DNA of 64,000 nt from Eledone cirrhosa. Taxonomy: Eukaryota. A program made the position numbers and the translations under genes. Positions 1 to 12,570 of this stretch are shown piece by piece (the stretch's first letter is position 1; every line of letters starts with the position of its first letter). Location: the NCBI GenBank assembly GCA_964016885.1, contig OZ024743.1, positions 144,088,001 through 144,152,000 on the forward strand. The letters run 5' to 3'. The notes below the pieces were generated by a model, which saw only the letters and a list, made by a program, of their open reading frames with translations, had not been told where the DNA came from and ran no database searches.

Positions 1-51
1 GTCCATCTTCCATGCTTGCATGGGTATATATATATATATATACACATAAAC

Positions 52-468
52 ATTGACCTCCTTAGGTTCAGCATTTCTACAACCTCGTTAGAGCGTCCTT
101 TTAAGGTGCCTACATTCATGGTACCAACTCTGAAGTTTTGGATTGCGTTTGGTGGGTGGGAACGGTGGGGTGCAGGGAGGGGTGAGGGAGATGGGGTTAT
201 GTTAGCCATCCGCAGCCGAAATAAAGAGGAGGGGTCCTTGCATTCTCGTCCGGCAGCATGAGGTGAATTTGTCTTTATCTTTGGCATTGTAGTGTCCAGA
301 CTTTTTTTTTTTTTCAAACTCTCCAGAATTCCGTTGTCCATCCATCATATCGAAAGGCAACCAGGTCAAAACTTAAGAAGGGATAGCATAGGCCACTTAC
401 TTATGATTGGTCCAAGTAATAAGGGTGGTGAGTGGAGGCGGGTGGGAGGGATATGGGGTAGTTAGCGA
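52..468 (-). mobile_element. RTE LINE 5' segment (5'UTR and start of APE endonuclease), inverted relative to the adjacent RT segment
   Basis: Matches about 51360-51750 in the same orientation (aacctcgttagagcg..ttttaaggtgcctacattcatggtaccaactctgaag), which is the 5' part of the minus-strand RTE. Confidence 0.85.
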
Positions 469-498
469 GAAGGTTGAAATAAAATCCTAGAATTTTGG

Positions 499-2497
499 GC
501 GATCAAAGATATGAAGACAGGCAAGGTGGCTGGGCCTTCGGAAATAGTTGCTGAAATGCTGAAAGCATCTGGAATGGTGGGACACACTATGGTCACCTGG
601 ATAGTAAACCAAGTCATACAGAATGGGGTCGTACCGAAAACTGGCGTAGCAACATCATCATTAACTGCTACAAGGGTAAAGGAGATGCCCTAGATAGGGG
701 AAACTATAGAGGCATTAAATTAATTGACCAGGTCATGAAGGTCACAGAAAAAGTAATAGCGCAACTAATCAGAGAGCGAATTGATATAGATGAAATGCAG
801 TTCGGGTTTGTGTCAGGTAAAAGTACCACAGACACTCTTTTCATTGTATGACAACTACAGGAGAAGTACCTAGCTAAAAGTAAACTCCTATACTTAGCTT
901 TTGTTGAGTTGAGAGTCCACCATTATCTGGTGGGCTCTCAGAAAACTAGGTGTTGATGAATGGCTTGTGAGAGCTATACAAGCCATGTATAAAGAAACAG
1001 TCAGCAAGGTTAGAATTAACAACGAATATAGTGAAGAGTTTAGTGTAAAAGTTGGTGTTCATCGGGGCTCCGTCCTTAGCCCCCTCCTATTTATTATTGC
1101 CCTTCAGGCTATAACAGAGGAGTTCAAGACCGGCTGCCCATGGGAACTCTTATACGCAGATGATCTAACGCTCATAGCTGAATCAATGGCTGAACTAGAG
1201 AAGAAATTCTAAACATGGAAGCATGGCCTAGAATCAAAAGGCCTTAAAATTAAGACAGCTAAGACTAAAGTGCTAGTATGTAGGAAGGAAAATAAGCCAC
1301 TGGTCCCCTCTGGAAAATGGCCAAGCTCAGTGTGTAGGAAAGGAGTAGACAGAAACTCCATTTTATGTCCCAAATGCAAAGTATGGGTGCATAAATGATG
1401 TAGTGGGATCACATGTAAGCTAACTATGAATATAGATTTTATATGTGGCCGGTGCTCAGGTGCACTAAGTAGCAGCAAGCGCCCACAGAATACTAGCTCA
1501 TTCCATTGCACAGATGGTTCTATAGAAATAGTGGACACCTTCCGTTACCTGGGTGACAAAATCAGCAGTGGTGGAGGGTGCTCTGAAAGTACAGTAGCTA
1601 GAGTCAGAACGGGATGGAAAAAGTTCAGAGAGCTTATACCACTATTGGCCGCTAAAGGTTTCTCTCTAAAAATGAAAGGCAGGCTGTACGATGCTTGCGT
1701 ACGAACACCAATGTTACATGGCAGTGTGACCTGGGCATTGTGTGCAGAGGATCTACGCAGACTGGAGAGAAACGAAGCTTGCATACTCCGTTGGATGTGT
1801 AATAGTAATATATGTGAACGGCAAAGCATAAATGAACTAAGTGACAAATTAGGAATAAGAGGTATCAGATGCTGTTTAATCGAGAGAAGACTACGTTGGT
1901 ATGGTCACGTGATGCGCATTAAAGATGACAACTGTATAAAAAAGTGCAGGGCGATCAAAATAGACGGTAGCCACGGAGTAGGCAGACCCAGAAAAACCTG
2001 GGACGACTTGATAAATTCCGACCTCACGCACTTACACCTCTCCAAGACAATGTCACTGGACCGAGATCTTTGGCGCTACGCAGTAATATAGAAGACCTAC
2101 CTTGCCTAAGTACAAAGTGAAACCTAGTCAGTCGGCACCTCTTAATAAAAATACACCTCTGTCCCACTACCCCCACCTTATCCACACCACCCCTTTCGAT
2201 GTAAAGTTATGTTGGTACCACAACATAATTATGTGAGGTCATGTAGGTGTCATGTAGGTGTCACGACAAAAAAAACACACAGTCCACGCTGTAATGTGGC
2301 CGTGTAGGTAACACGGTAAAAACCTCCCAGTCCACACTGTAAACGTGGTTGGTGTTAGGAAGGGCATCCAGCCGTAGAAAACCCGCCAGACAGTCCTATA
2401 CGAGCAAGACAACCAATCTTGCCTCAAGTGGGAAAATTCTCGTCCAAACCCATGCTAGCGTGAAAGATGGACGTTAAATGATGATGATGATGATGAT
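499..2497 (+). mobile_element. Degenerate RTE-clade LINE, RT to 3' end
   Basis: ORF pieces 511-693, 967-1212 (GSVLSPLLF, ELLYADDL) and 1426-2091 ([20 protein letters not shown]) are broken by stops and frameshifts. The 3'UTR ends ggacgttaaatgatgatgat. Confidence 0.95.
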
Positions 2498-3061
2498 ACA
2501 TACACGTGTGTGTGTGTATGTATATATGTACGTATATATATATATATATATATATAAATATAATTTCCATTTAACATCAATTTTTCCATGCTTGCATGAG
2601 TTAGATGGGTCATCCATGCCAGGAGGCAAGTCTGGCCAGGTTTGGCCATGTGTCACACCTTGCTGGGTATTTTACAGTCGGATCCACTTCCTAACACTAG
2701 ACCCATTTACATTGTGGATGGCTGTGTTATGAGTGAGGGTCAGGCCAGTTGGCCGCCTCAAATCTGTCTCACAATGGAACCATGTTTTTCAATTCCAACC
2801 CATCATACAGTGGAACCATAATTTTGGAGCCTGATATTGGATGGCACTGATACAAGGAGCCTAACCCATCTTACAGCGCAGCCACATTTTGTGGCCCGGT
2901 ACTGGGTGGCACCGCAATGAGGAGGGACAGATGCGGAACTACAGTTTGGAAGCCTGGCATTGGATGGTACCATTATGTGAAGGGATCAGTGATACCACTA
3001 TAAGGAGGGACAGGTTAGTTGGCCGTGCTGAACCCTTATATATATATATATATATATATTA

Positions 3062-4196
3062 TAAAGAGTCATGACCCAACAGCTGAGCTGTTGAAATGGC
3101 AAGAGCTCAGCCATCAAGCTCTTTATAGTATAGCCATACGAGAAGAAAGAAGAAAATTTAAGGAAGAAAAAATATATAACGTCAACAAAATATATGTTTA
3201 CAAAATTTACTAATGGTAATATTAGTATATATTAAAAATATAGTTTATATGGCCAAGAATATAAGGAAAATGCTATAGTGAGTAATAATATGAATTAAGA
3301 AGTAATTCAGAAGTAAAAGTTACAGATTAAAGAATAGAAATTAAAAAAGAAAAAAGGAAAAAAGGATAAAAAAGAATAATAATAGGGGACCGCTAACGAC
3401 ATAGAATGAGTAAATTGTATAATATAATATACTGAAATAAGGTAGAAAGATGGGTATATTTGTAAAAGATATAAAAGCGTTTGAGAAAAGATTTTAAACT
3501 AATTAGGTAGTGAGATATTAGCTGTATACTTTATGGAAAGTTCTATAGATTTATGCAAGCAGAGCGAAAATAAATCCGTACATCTATTTATTATAGAATT
3601 AAAATTAGAGATAATGGTAAATTTCTCGGCTAGGCAGAGCTTACATGTTCTGGATGGGGAAGAATTTCGCTAAGGAGAGGTGTTGCAAACCTTCCTCCAA
3701 GAAATGTTATAGTTAATATTTTTGTCTTTTAAGGACCATATGAGTTCCGAGAGTGCCGTGTTAGTTCTTTTAAGTTGGTATTTAAAAGACAAATTGTGAT
3801 TATAAAATCTTGCTTTAAAGGAAGAGGAAGTGGAACCAAAATAGGTAAAAGAATTAGTACCAGTTATAACCTTACATTCATACACTAAATTTTTATCAAG
3901 ACATTGGTTATTAAGAGGACATTTAGTTCTAACAGGGCAATTACGATTAGAGAAATTACCAGAGTTATTAACAAGTGACCTAGTATTATTTATAGAAGGA
4001 ATTGGATTGGAGAAGTTATTTACGATAGGTGCTAAAGTTTCCTGATTTAGATTGGTGTTATGAACATTCGACAAAGTTACGTTTGACGTCGTATTCAAAT
4101 TTACTGAATCTAGCCTAGAGTTAACATTGACGTCGGGTTTACTATTGCTATTATTATGACGCTCACTGTTGGATGGATATAATTTATTATTTAATA

Positions 4197-4202
<6 letters not shown>
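3062..4202 (-). mobile_element. 5'-truncated Penelope-like element retaining only the GIY-YIG endonuclease and 3'UTR, between (TA)n tracts
   Basis: ORF 3670-4236 has CPLNNQCLDKNLVYECKV..TYFGST..FKARFYNH..SF..TALSELIWSLK. Reading through the TAG at 3670 continues RTCKLCLAEKFTII..INRCTDLFSLCLH to about 3499. (TA)n lies on both sides. Confidence 0.8.
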
Positions 4203-4235
<33 letters not shown>

Positions 4236-4239
4236 ACTA

Positions 4240-4884
4240 GATAGATGGTAGCCACGGAGTAGGCAGACCCAGAAAAACCTGGGACGAGCTGATAAATTCC
4301 GACCTCACACACTTACACCTCTCCAAGACAATGTCACTGGACCGAGACCTTTGGCGGTACTCAGTAACAGAGAAGACCCGCGTTACCTAAATACAAAGTA
4401 AAACCTACTACAGTCAGTAGGCATCTCTAACAAAATACACCCCCACCCCATCCACACCGCCCCTTTCAATGTAAAGTTATGTTGGTGCCACAAAATCCAG
4501 GCCGAAACAAATGAGATATCGTGTAGGTGTCATGAAAAAAAAACACACAGTCCACACTGTAATGTGACCGTGTAGGCAACACGGTAAAAACGTCCCAGTC
4601 CCACACTGTAAATGTGGTTGGTGTTAGGAAGGGCATCCAGCTGTAGAAAACCTGCCAGACAGTCCACGCTGTAATGTGGCCGTGTAGGCAACACGGTAAA
4701 AACCTCCCAGCCCCACACTGTAAATGTGGTTGGTGTTAGGAAGGGCATCCAACTGTAGAAAACCCGCCAGACAGTCCTATGCGAGCAAGACAACCACTCT
4801 TGCCTCAAGTGGGAAAACTCCCGTCCAAACCCATGCAAGCATGGAACACGGACGTTAAACGATGATGATGATGATGATGATGAT
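4240..4884 (+). mobile_element. 5'-truncated RTE 3' end with an internal ~115 bp duplication in the 3'UTR
   Basis: Homologous to 1960-2497. The block acagtccac.ctgtaatgtg..gtagaaaac occurs twice (about 4547 and 4658). (GAT)n tail. Confidence 0.9.
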
Positions 4885-4891
4885 CAACTAT

Positions 4892-5490
4892 AAATAGATT
4901 GACACATATATATATAAAATAAACACATGAAACAATCTCAGGGAATAATTTGTAAAGTGTGTAAGCACACATAGCTAGGTAGGTAACTAATTAAAGTTTA
5001 ACTAGAACTTCAAATATAGATACCTTTTAAAATGATTAATCTCCTTTGTATATATTTTTTTAAATAAAAAATATATTTCACCAATTAATCTGCAAATCAC
5101 AGCGGTCAAATCCTGGATGGTCACCAAAGGAAAAGATCCAACCATCTGTGTTTACACAGCAAATGCAAATCTGTGAATGACTTGAACCACGTGTTGCATT
5201 TTATAAAAAATACAGACATCGCACCGCGTCATCTCAGTGGCGTGAATAGGATTATCGACAGCTAGAAATAGCAACCGAGTCCATTCAACTGAATTAGCTC
5301 TACAGTCAAGGGGCCATATATATATCCAGAATACAAAGGAGATTAATCATTTTAAAAGGTATCTATATTTGAAGTTCTAGTTAAACTTTAATTAGTTACC
5401 TACCTAGCTATGTGTGCTTACACACTTTACAAATTATTCCCTGAGATTGTTTCATGTGTTTATTTTATATATATATGTGTCAATCTATTT
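4892..5490. repeat. Inverted repeat, ~160 bp arms, ~280 bp spacer
   Basis: 4892-5051 is the reverse complement of 5331-5490, with no mismatch seen by eye. Confidence 0.92.
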
Positions 5491-5811
5491 CTTGTTGATA
5501 TAAAATGCTCGGAACTATTCATTGGAATCTTTGAACTTATTCTGCAGTGAATATGGCGCATGTCTCTCAGACATGACAACCTTAATTTAATTTTGGATAT
5601 ATATATATATATGTATATTTCATACTCTATATTTTTGCTAACGTATGCATCCACACCTATAAGTGCATATTTATATATGACAAAGATTAGCCCACCTTTA
5701 GTCCTTACTCTGAAAAGGCCAGCAATTACCCAGTACATAAAGTACCAGTAATGTACTGGGTAATTGGTGGCCTTGTGCCTAAAATAGAAACAATTATTAC
5801 TATTATTAGAG

Positions 5812-6010
5812 GAGTGGATGGCAGTATTGGTAGAGCATTGGACAATATGCTTTGCATCATAGAGTTACAGCCATTTACGTTCTGAGTTCAAATCCCACCT
5901 AGGTTAACTTTGCCTTTCATCCTTATGGGTTCGATAAAATAAAGTACCAGTAATACACTGGGATAATTGCTGGCCTTGTGCCAAAAGTAGAAACAATTAT
6001 TATTATTATT
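5812..6010 (+). mobile_element. tRNA-derived SINE family 1 (Meta-like central domain, (ATT)n tail)
   Basis: A-box-like tggcagtattggtag, B-box gagttcaaatcc, central gcctttcatcctta.ggg.tcgataaaataaagtaccag, tail gtagaaacaattattatt. Confidence 0.85.
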
Positions 6011-6263
6011 CTATTCTGATTTGGTTTCTAGGTGATTTGGTTTCTAGATGCCTTTCCTAGTGTCAACCATTTCATTGCATGTACAGGATACATATTATCT
6101 TGGCACCACGACTACTGTCTGCCAGGATGAACTGGGTTCTTTTTATCATAGCAATAGCACCGACATTACCATTTCACAATGTAGGCTGAGTGTATTTTTA
6201 TTGTTGCATCAAATTTACCACATTTCAACACTTGGGTGCTTGCATCCTTGGCCAGGCTGGAAG

Positions 6264-6730
6264 GACAGTGCTAGGGAGTGAATGAGGAATGAAAGCTATA
6301 TGTGTGTGTGTGTGTGTATTTAGGTGCAAATGTATGGATGGAGGTATTTAGATGCGTATATATGCATGTATTTAGGTGCGTATGGATGGATGTACTTAGG
6401 TGTGTATATATGTATGTATTATGGTGTGTATATATGTATGTTTGGACACCCTGCGGGATGAAAAATAAAACCCATCAAAGGGCAGAGGAACTCAGGACAG
6501 TGCTAGGGAGTGAATGAGGAATGAAAGCTATATGTGTGTGTGTGTGTATTTAGGTGCAAATGTATGGATGGAGGTATTTAGATGCGTATATATGCATGTA
6601 TTTAGGTGCGTATGTATGGATGGATGTACTTAGGTGTGTATATATGTATGTATTATGGTGCGTATATATGTATGTTTGGACACCCTGCGGGATGAAAAAT
6701 AAAACCCATCAAAGGGCAGAGGAACTCAGG
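6264..6730 (+). repeat. Direct tandem duplication of ~232 bp
   Basis: ggacagtgctagggagtgaatgagg...ggcagaggaactca starts at 6264 and again at 6495. Confidence 0.92.
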
Positions 6731-6962
6731 AGAGTTAACGGCCATCCAATAAAGTTTTTTTTTTCTTTTTTTTTTGTGGAGCGAGAGATTCCTAGTCTTC
6801 ATTAAGACAACTCTCTAGGAGAAGGTCACTCTGGTATAAAACCAGCGCCTTCGTTTGGATCCAATGATGTAGAACAGTTCTTCTTTTTGGGCAAATGCGT
6901 TCGATGTTCAGAGAGTTGGATTGGCCCCATGCAAAGCCTTTCCTCTTTCAAAAAAGCTTGAA
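6675..6962 (+). mobile_element. Dispersed repeat, probable non-LTR retrotransposon 5'UTR relic
   Basis: Colinear similarity to 52225-52482 (tttggaca.cctgc.gga, ggccatcca, gagaagg..actctg.tataa, atccaatgatgt..ttcttctttttgg). Confidence 0.5.
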
Positions 6963-7582
6963 GCACAGGTATCACTTGATATGCAACATATTTTGCGATG
7001 CATTCCTATGGTATTGCTGACCATAGGAAAGTCCCTAGTAGGACTAAAAACCCACATCCGTGATACTCTTACTTAAGTATCAAGTGATAGCATTACTCGA
7101 AATCAAGTTTCAGCCATCATGTATGTATGTTGCTTTGTTTTTCTTTGAGGCATCACCATCACTTGCATTGATTTTCTGCCCCTTATCATCTCCTCTACCA
7201 TGAAAATCAGCTTTCACAAATTCTCCCCATGTTTTTCTTGCTTCTCTTCTACTTGCACATGCTTTCTACATTGATGATTTGGCAATTCATCCTCCATATA
7301 TTTAACATGTGTCTAACTCTTAACTTTATTATAACTGTTGTAACTAATGCTGGCTGTTTATAAGTACTGTAACTAAGACTGTTTATTATAAATACTGTAA
7401 CTAACACTAACTATTTATTATAGCTACTATAACTAAGAATAGTTTATGATGTCACATAAGAAATATTCCCATTTCTATTTTAAGCCGAGTAATTTGCTTA
7501 AGTGTCCACATTATCTTATATATATATAAATCTAAATGTGTGTGTGTGTATATATATATATATATGTATACATATATATATA

Positions 7583-7969
7583 TCATCATCATCACCGTTT
7601 TATGTCCGTTCTTCCCCGCTAGCATGGGTTAGACGGGTTGTCCTGTTGTGGGCAGTGTCCGGTCAGCTGACCTTGTCTTGCTCATACGGGAACTGATTCT
7701 GGCTTGATTTCTACAGCTGGATGCCCTTCCTAACACCAACCTCATTTACAGTGAGTGCTGGGTGCTTTTTTTCCGTGGCGCCTACACGTCCACTTTGCAG
7801 TGGAATGATAGGGACCCCAGTCCTATCATTTCATTTCTACAGCTGAGTAAACTGGAGCAATGTGAAATAAAGTGTCTTGCTCAAGGAAACAACACATCAC
7901 CTGGTCCGAGAATTGAACTCACAACCTTTCGATTGCAAGCCCAATGCTCTAACCACTAAGCCATGTGCC

Positions 7970-7972
<3 letters not shown>
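7583..7972 (-). mobile_element. tRNA-derived SINE family 2 (CORE-like body, RTE-derived 3' tail)
   Basis: On the minus strand: ggcacatggcttagtggttagagc (A box), gagttcaattct (B box), tccttgagcaagacact, then gttggtgttaggaagggcatccagctgtagaaa and a (GAT)n tail shared with the RTE 3'UTR. Confidence 0.85.
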
Positions 7973-8032
<60 letters not shown>

Positions 8033-8144
8033 ATGTATATATATATGTGTGTGTATGTATATATATATTTATGTATATTTATGTATATGTATGTGCATAT
8101 ATATATATATATATATATATGTGCATATATATATATATATGTGG

Positions 8145-8182
<38 letters not shown>

Positions 8183-8914
8183 TTGTGTGTATGAGTGTCA
8201 AAAATACCTTCTGAACTGATTTACCTGAATCATTCAGTACCTTCATGATAATTTAAAATTATATCTAGATAATCTCTTTGTCATACTAATCTTTCGTCTC
8301 TCTATCCCACTCTGTCTGGTTCTGTCAGCTTATCTCTATAATACAAATAGTAGGTCATCACTTTCCATGTAAACTTACTTTGGAGAATGTTTCAAGTAGT
8401 AGTAGTTGGAGTGGTAGCAGTGGCAGCATTTATGATACCTTGTCTTCAGCAAAAAGATACAGCAATGTCCAAGCAAGCTAGTCACATGAAATTAATCTAC
8501 AGAGTATTATAGTATCAATTGTAGATGTAGAATTCCCTGGATTTATCCAGAATAATTCAAATCTCAAAGATTATCTTTAAAGTAAGCAGACCAAAAAATA
8601 ACCTTGACTGAATTAATAATCATTCTCATCACAACCATTTTATGTCTGTTTTCCATGCTGACATGGGATGGATGGATTGCCATAAACTTCTTTACCATTC
8701 AACCATGCTGCATCCACTAATAACAAAGTTACATAATTTCTGTAAGCAATTTTATGAGAGGGAAAATTTAATTACATCAACCCCAGTACTTGACTAATAC
8801 TTTATTTTCTCGACTTCAAGAGAATGAATTTGAGTTATAAATGGAAATAACTGCATATAGCAATATTATTTCTCTGTTGCCCTATTGTTTTTCCTAACAT
8901 TCACAACCCTACCA

Positions 8915-9975
8915 ATAATAATAATAATAATTGTTTTTACTTTTGGCACAAGGCCAGCAATTATTCCAGTACATTACTGGTACTTTATTTTATCGACCCC
9001 GTTAGGATGAAAGGCAAAGTTAACCTCGACGGGGTTTTAACTCAGACCATAAAGGGATGTAACTATGCTACAAAGCATGGTGTCCAACCCTCTACTGAGA
9101 CTGCCAATCCACCGTAATAATAATAATAATAATGTTTCTACTTTTAGCACAATGCCAGCAATTACCCCAGTGCATTACTGGTGCTTTATTTTATCGACCC
9201 CGTAATAATAATAACAATAGTAATAATAATATAATAATTGTTTCTACTTTAGGCACAAGGCCAGCAATTACCCAGTGCATTACTGGTACTTTATTTTATC
9301 GACCCCCGTAAGGATGAAAGCAAAGTAATACTTTCTTTATTAACCACAAAGGGTTTACATCAAGAAAAGTATTATGACAGTCCAGGACAAAAACATAGTG
9401 TGTGTATGTGTGTGTTGCTATGTGTTTTGCGTGTAAACAAATTATAACAATGTTAAAAAAAAAAGATAATAAAATTAAAACAAAGAAGGTTCCTCAGCAT
9501 GGAGGAGACGTTCGAGGGTTATTCGTGGAAAAACCCCATAAAACCACGCATGCAATATAATAATTGTTTCTACTTTTGGCACAAGGCCAGCAATTACCCA
9601 GTACATTACCCAATACGTTACTGGTACTTTATTTTATCGACCCCGTAAGGATGAAAGGCAAAGTTAACCTCGGCGAGATTTGAACTCAGACCATAAGGGG
9701 CCATAACTCTTTGCTGCAAAGCATGGCGTCCGACCCTCTACCGATACTGCCAATCCACCGCCAGATGCAATATAATTATTGTTTCTACTTTAGGCACAAG
9801 GCCAGCAATTACCCAGTGCATCACTGGTACTTTATTTTATTGACCCCGTAAGGATGAAAGGCAAAGTCAACCTCGGCGGGATTTGAACTCAGATCGTAAA
9901 GAGACGTAACTATGCTGGAAAGCATGGCGTCCGACCCTCTACCGATACTGCCAATCCACCGCCCTGCAATATAAT
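8915..9975 (-). mobile_element. Cluster of SINE family 1 copies, mostly head-to-tail
   Basis: Near-complete copies at about 8930-9113, 9560-9762 and 9775-9962, plus tail fragments at 9130-9325, separated by (AAT)n. Confidence 0.88.
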
Positions 9976-10379
9976 AATAATTGCTAATAACAATGAAAAT
10001 GTGTTGTTCCAAGACAAGGCCACATGTGGTATTGATTTTTTTAAAATTTTAGTGCAATTCCATTAAGATAGGAGTAATGTCATATAAATCAGTCATAGTA
10101 TATGCGTAATACTTATTTTATGGACCCTTAAGAAAGAAAGCCAAAGTTTGTTCTGACAGTATCTGATTTCATTATTGGTGATTAGCAGTATCTGTACAGC
10201 GTCGGACAACATGCTTTATGTTCTGAATTCAAATCTCATCAAGTTTAACTTTGTTTTCATCCTTATGTATGGGGTCAATAAAATAAAGTACCAGTAATAC
10301 ATTGGGGTCAATTTAAACGACTTTCCCCTCCCCCCAAATTGTTGGCCTTGTGCTTAAATCAGAAATCATTATTATTATC

Positions 10380-11640
10380 CTTTATTTGCACAGTGATAAT
10401 CTTATTAACACAGGATCATTTAATTGACTCCCTATCAAGTTATGTAACCCTAAATAAACATTACTTTCTGCAGGATATTTGCTGTTCCCAAAAGTGTTGT
10501 TTTTTTGCAATGTCATAATGCTGGGATTAATTCCAATTCTATCAAGGTTTTCTGGCACTGACCCAAGTACCCCAACCACAGTTGGTACCACTCTTGCTTT
10601 CATATTCTACATTCTCTTGACATCTATTCTCAAGTCTGCATACTTTACGATTTTCTTGTTTTCTTTACCATTGATGTAATAGTCCCCTAGTGAAGCTACA
10701 TTGATCAACAAACACCTCCTTTCAGTACCTTTCTCTACCAAAGTTATGTCTGGCCTTGTGTTATCAAGAACTTTATCTGTCTGGATTGTAAAGTCTGCCA
10801 AGAATAACACAGTCTGTTTTTTTTTAGGACCTTTTCTGGTTTGTACTGATATCATTTCTTAGTGGTTACAACCCCATATTTCTTGCAAGAGGGCGGTGGT
10901 TTGACAGTATCAGTAGAGCATCAGACACCATGCTTTGCAGCATAGAATTATGGCCCTTTGTGTTCTGAGTTCAAATCCACCGATAAAATAAAGTACCAGT
11001 GATGCACTGGGGTAATCGCTTGCCTTGTGCCAAAAGTAGAAACTATATTTCTTGTATATCACAGGCACTCACAATATGTGTCACACTTTCCATCTTCTTT
11101 CCACACAACCTTCACTTATTTGTTTCATCTGGGTTATACATATTTTTTATTGCGTTTGTTTTTAGTGCTTGATCTTGAGCAGTATCAATAAACTTTTTGT
11201 CTCTTTCTTAAGATCACCTTTTGTCAATCAATTCCACTTTTACTTTCTTCATTTCTCTTTCAAATTGACCATGTAATTCCATACTTTCCCTTGTCCTCAA
11301 TTTCTCAGTCAGTAGCCTCTGTTCGAAATTTTCTTTACTTTCAATGATTTCAATTCATAGGTCTCTTCTTTTGGCAACATAACTTAAAATTTCATCTTTA
11401 CTACTGGCCAAATACCTGTATAAGGACCTGCATTCATTAGCCATGCAATATTTCACACTTACAAGTCCATGACTTCCTATGTTCCATGGTGTACATTGCC
11501 TTATGATATTTGCCTTTCGGTGCAATGCACCATTGTCAACCATTTTTTTTTTTTTTTTTTTTGCATTAACCTATTCAACTTCTCTATTTCTTCTTTGTTC
11601 CAATTCAAAATAGCTGCACTATATCTAGTAACTGGCACAG
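10380..11640 (-). mobile_element. Degenerate R4/Dong-like non-LTR element with restriction-like endonuclease
   Basis: DFTIQTDKVLDNTRPDITLVEK..CLLINVA..KENKKIVKYADL followed by VVPTVVGVLGSV..LQK is the PD..D RLE signature. It is interrupted by a SINE at 10892-11045 flanked by duplicated atatttcttg. Confidence 0.8.
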
Positions 11641-11749
11641 CACAGACATCTTCACCATCATCATGACTACTACTACTACTTTGTCATGCATTGTAGATGT
11701 AAAATGCATTTAGTCATCTGTCAAGTCACAACAAGGACCTCAGACAGAT

Positions 11750-12570
11750 AATACTTTCTTTAAAATGTGTGCAGTGCCTAGCAAGGCTGATTTTTGTATG
11801 ACACCAATCTTGCATGGTATTCCCAACCACTTTAAGAAGTTGTGGAGTTTCAATACCCCAACCACAACTGGTATCACTTTCATATTACCCTCTCACGTTC
11901 CAAATAGTCTTTGCCCGCTCCATTTTCAATTTGGAGTACTTAATTTTTGTATAACCACTTTACTCACAATATCCATGTCATTTGGTATTGCTACATCTAT
12001 GATTTGACAGTATTTGTTTTTCTTGTTGAATATGAAAATGTCCAGTCGACGATGCTCAATTACTCTATCAGCCTGAAAATCGTAATCCCAGAATATCATT
12101 GCTTTCCCATCCTTCTGCATTACATTACTATGCACATGTTCATACCAATACTCTATTATTTCATATTGTTATTTATGGCATAAGAGCCAATGAAGGTACA
12201 AACAGACTTCATCATGGCGGCGCTTGTATATTTGTTGCTCAAGGCTCTCACATCCACTTACCAAGTGGACCACATTTTCTACATTCTTTTTTCAGAGTCT
12301 GCATTTCTAGGCATCAGAAATTTTGTAGATGTTATACTTCACCGAATTGATACCAGAACCTTGGTCTTGTGCTGCAATTATAATGCTTTCTATGGTACAC
12401 TTCAAATTGCCTTGCTTAAGACATGTTCTCGATGTTTTATCCTGCATATTTCTTTCAAACTGCACATGCATTCTCATTTCCAGAAGAACTTTTTTCTTCT
12501 CTTCAATTCTTTGTTTAAACTCTTCCTTACCAGCCATATCTTCTGCAAGCGTTCTCCTTTCACTCTTTAT
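11750..12570 (-). mobile_element. Second degenerate R4/Dong-like RLE fragment
   Basis: MHVQFER..ESIIIAAQDQ (12307-12621) and IFWDYDFQADRVIEHRRLDIFIFNKKNKYCQIIDVAIPND (11926-12135). The terminal QKSALLGTAH is readable at about 11765-11797. Confidence 0.8.

Noticed and set aside
8350-8482. Possible host exon (HHFPCKLTLENVSSSSSWSGSSGSIYDTL..), with similar candidates at about 15800-15970, 24415-24560 and 63540-63636
   Set aside because: Short open frames with plausible splice signals but no recognisable domain or consistent gene model. Transcript data would be needed.
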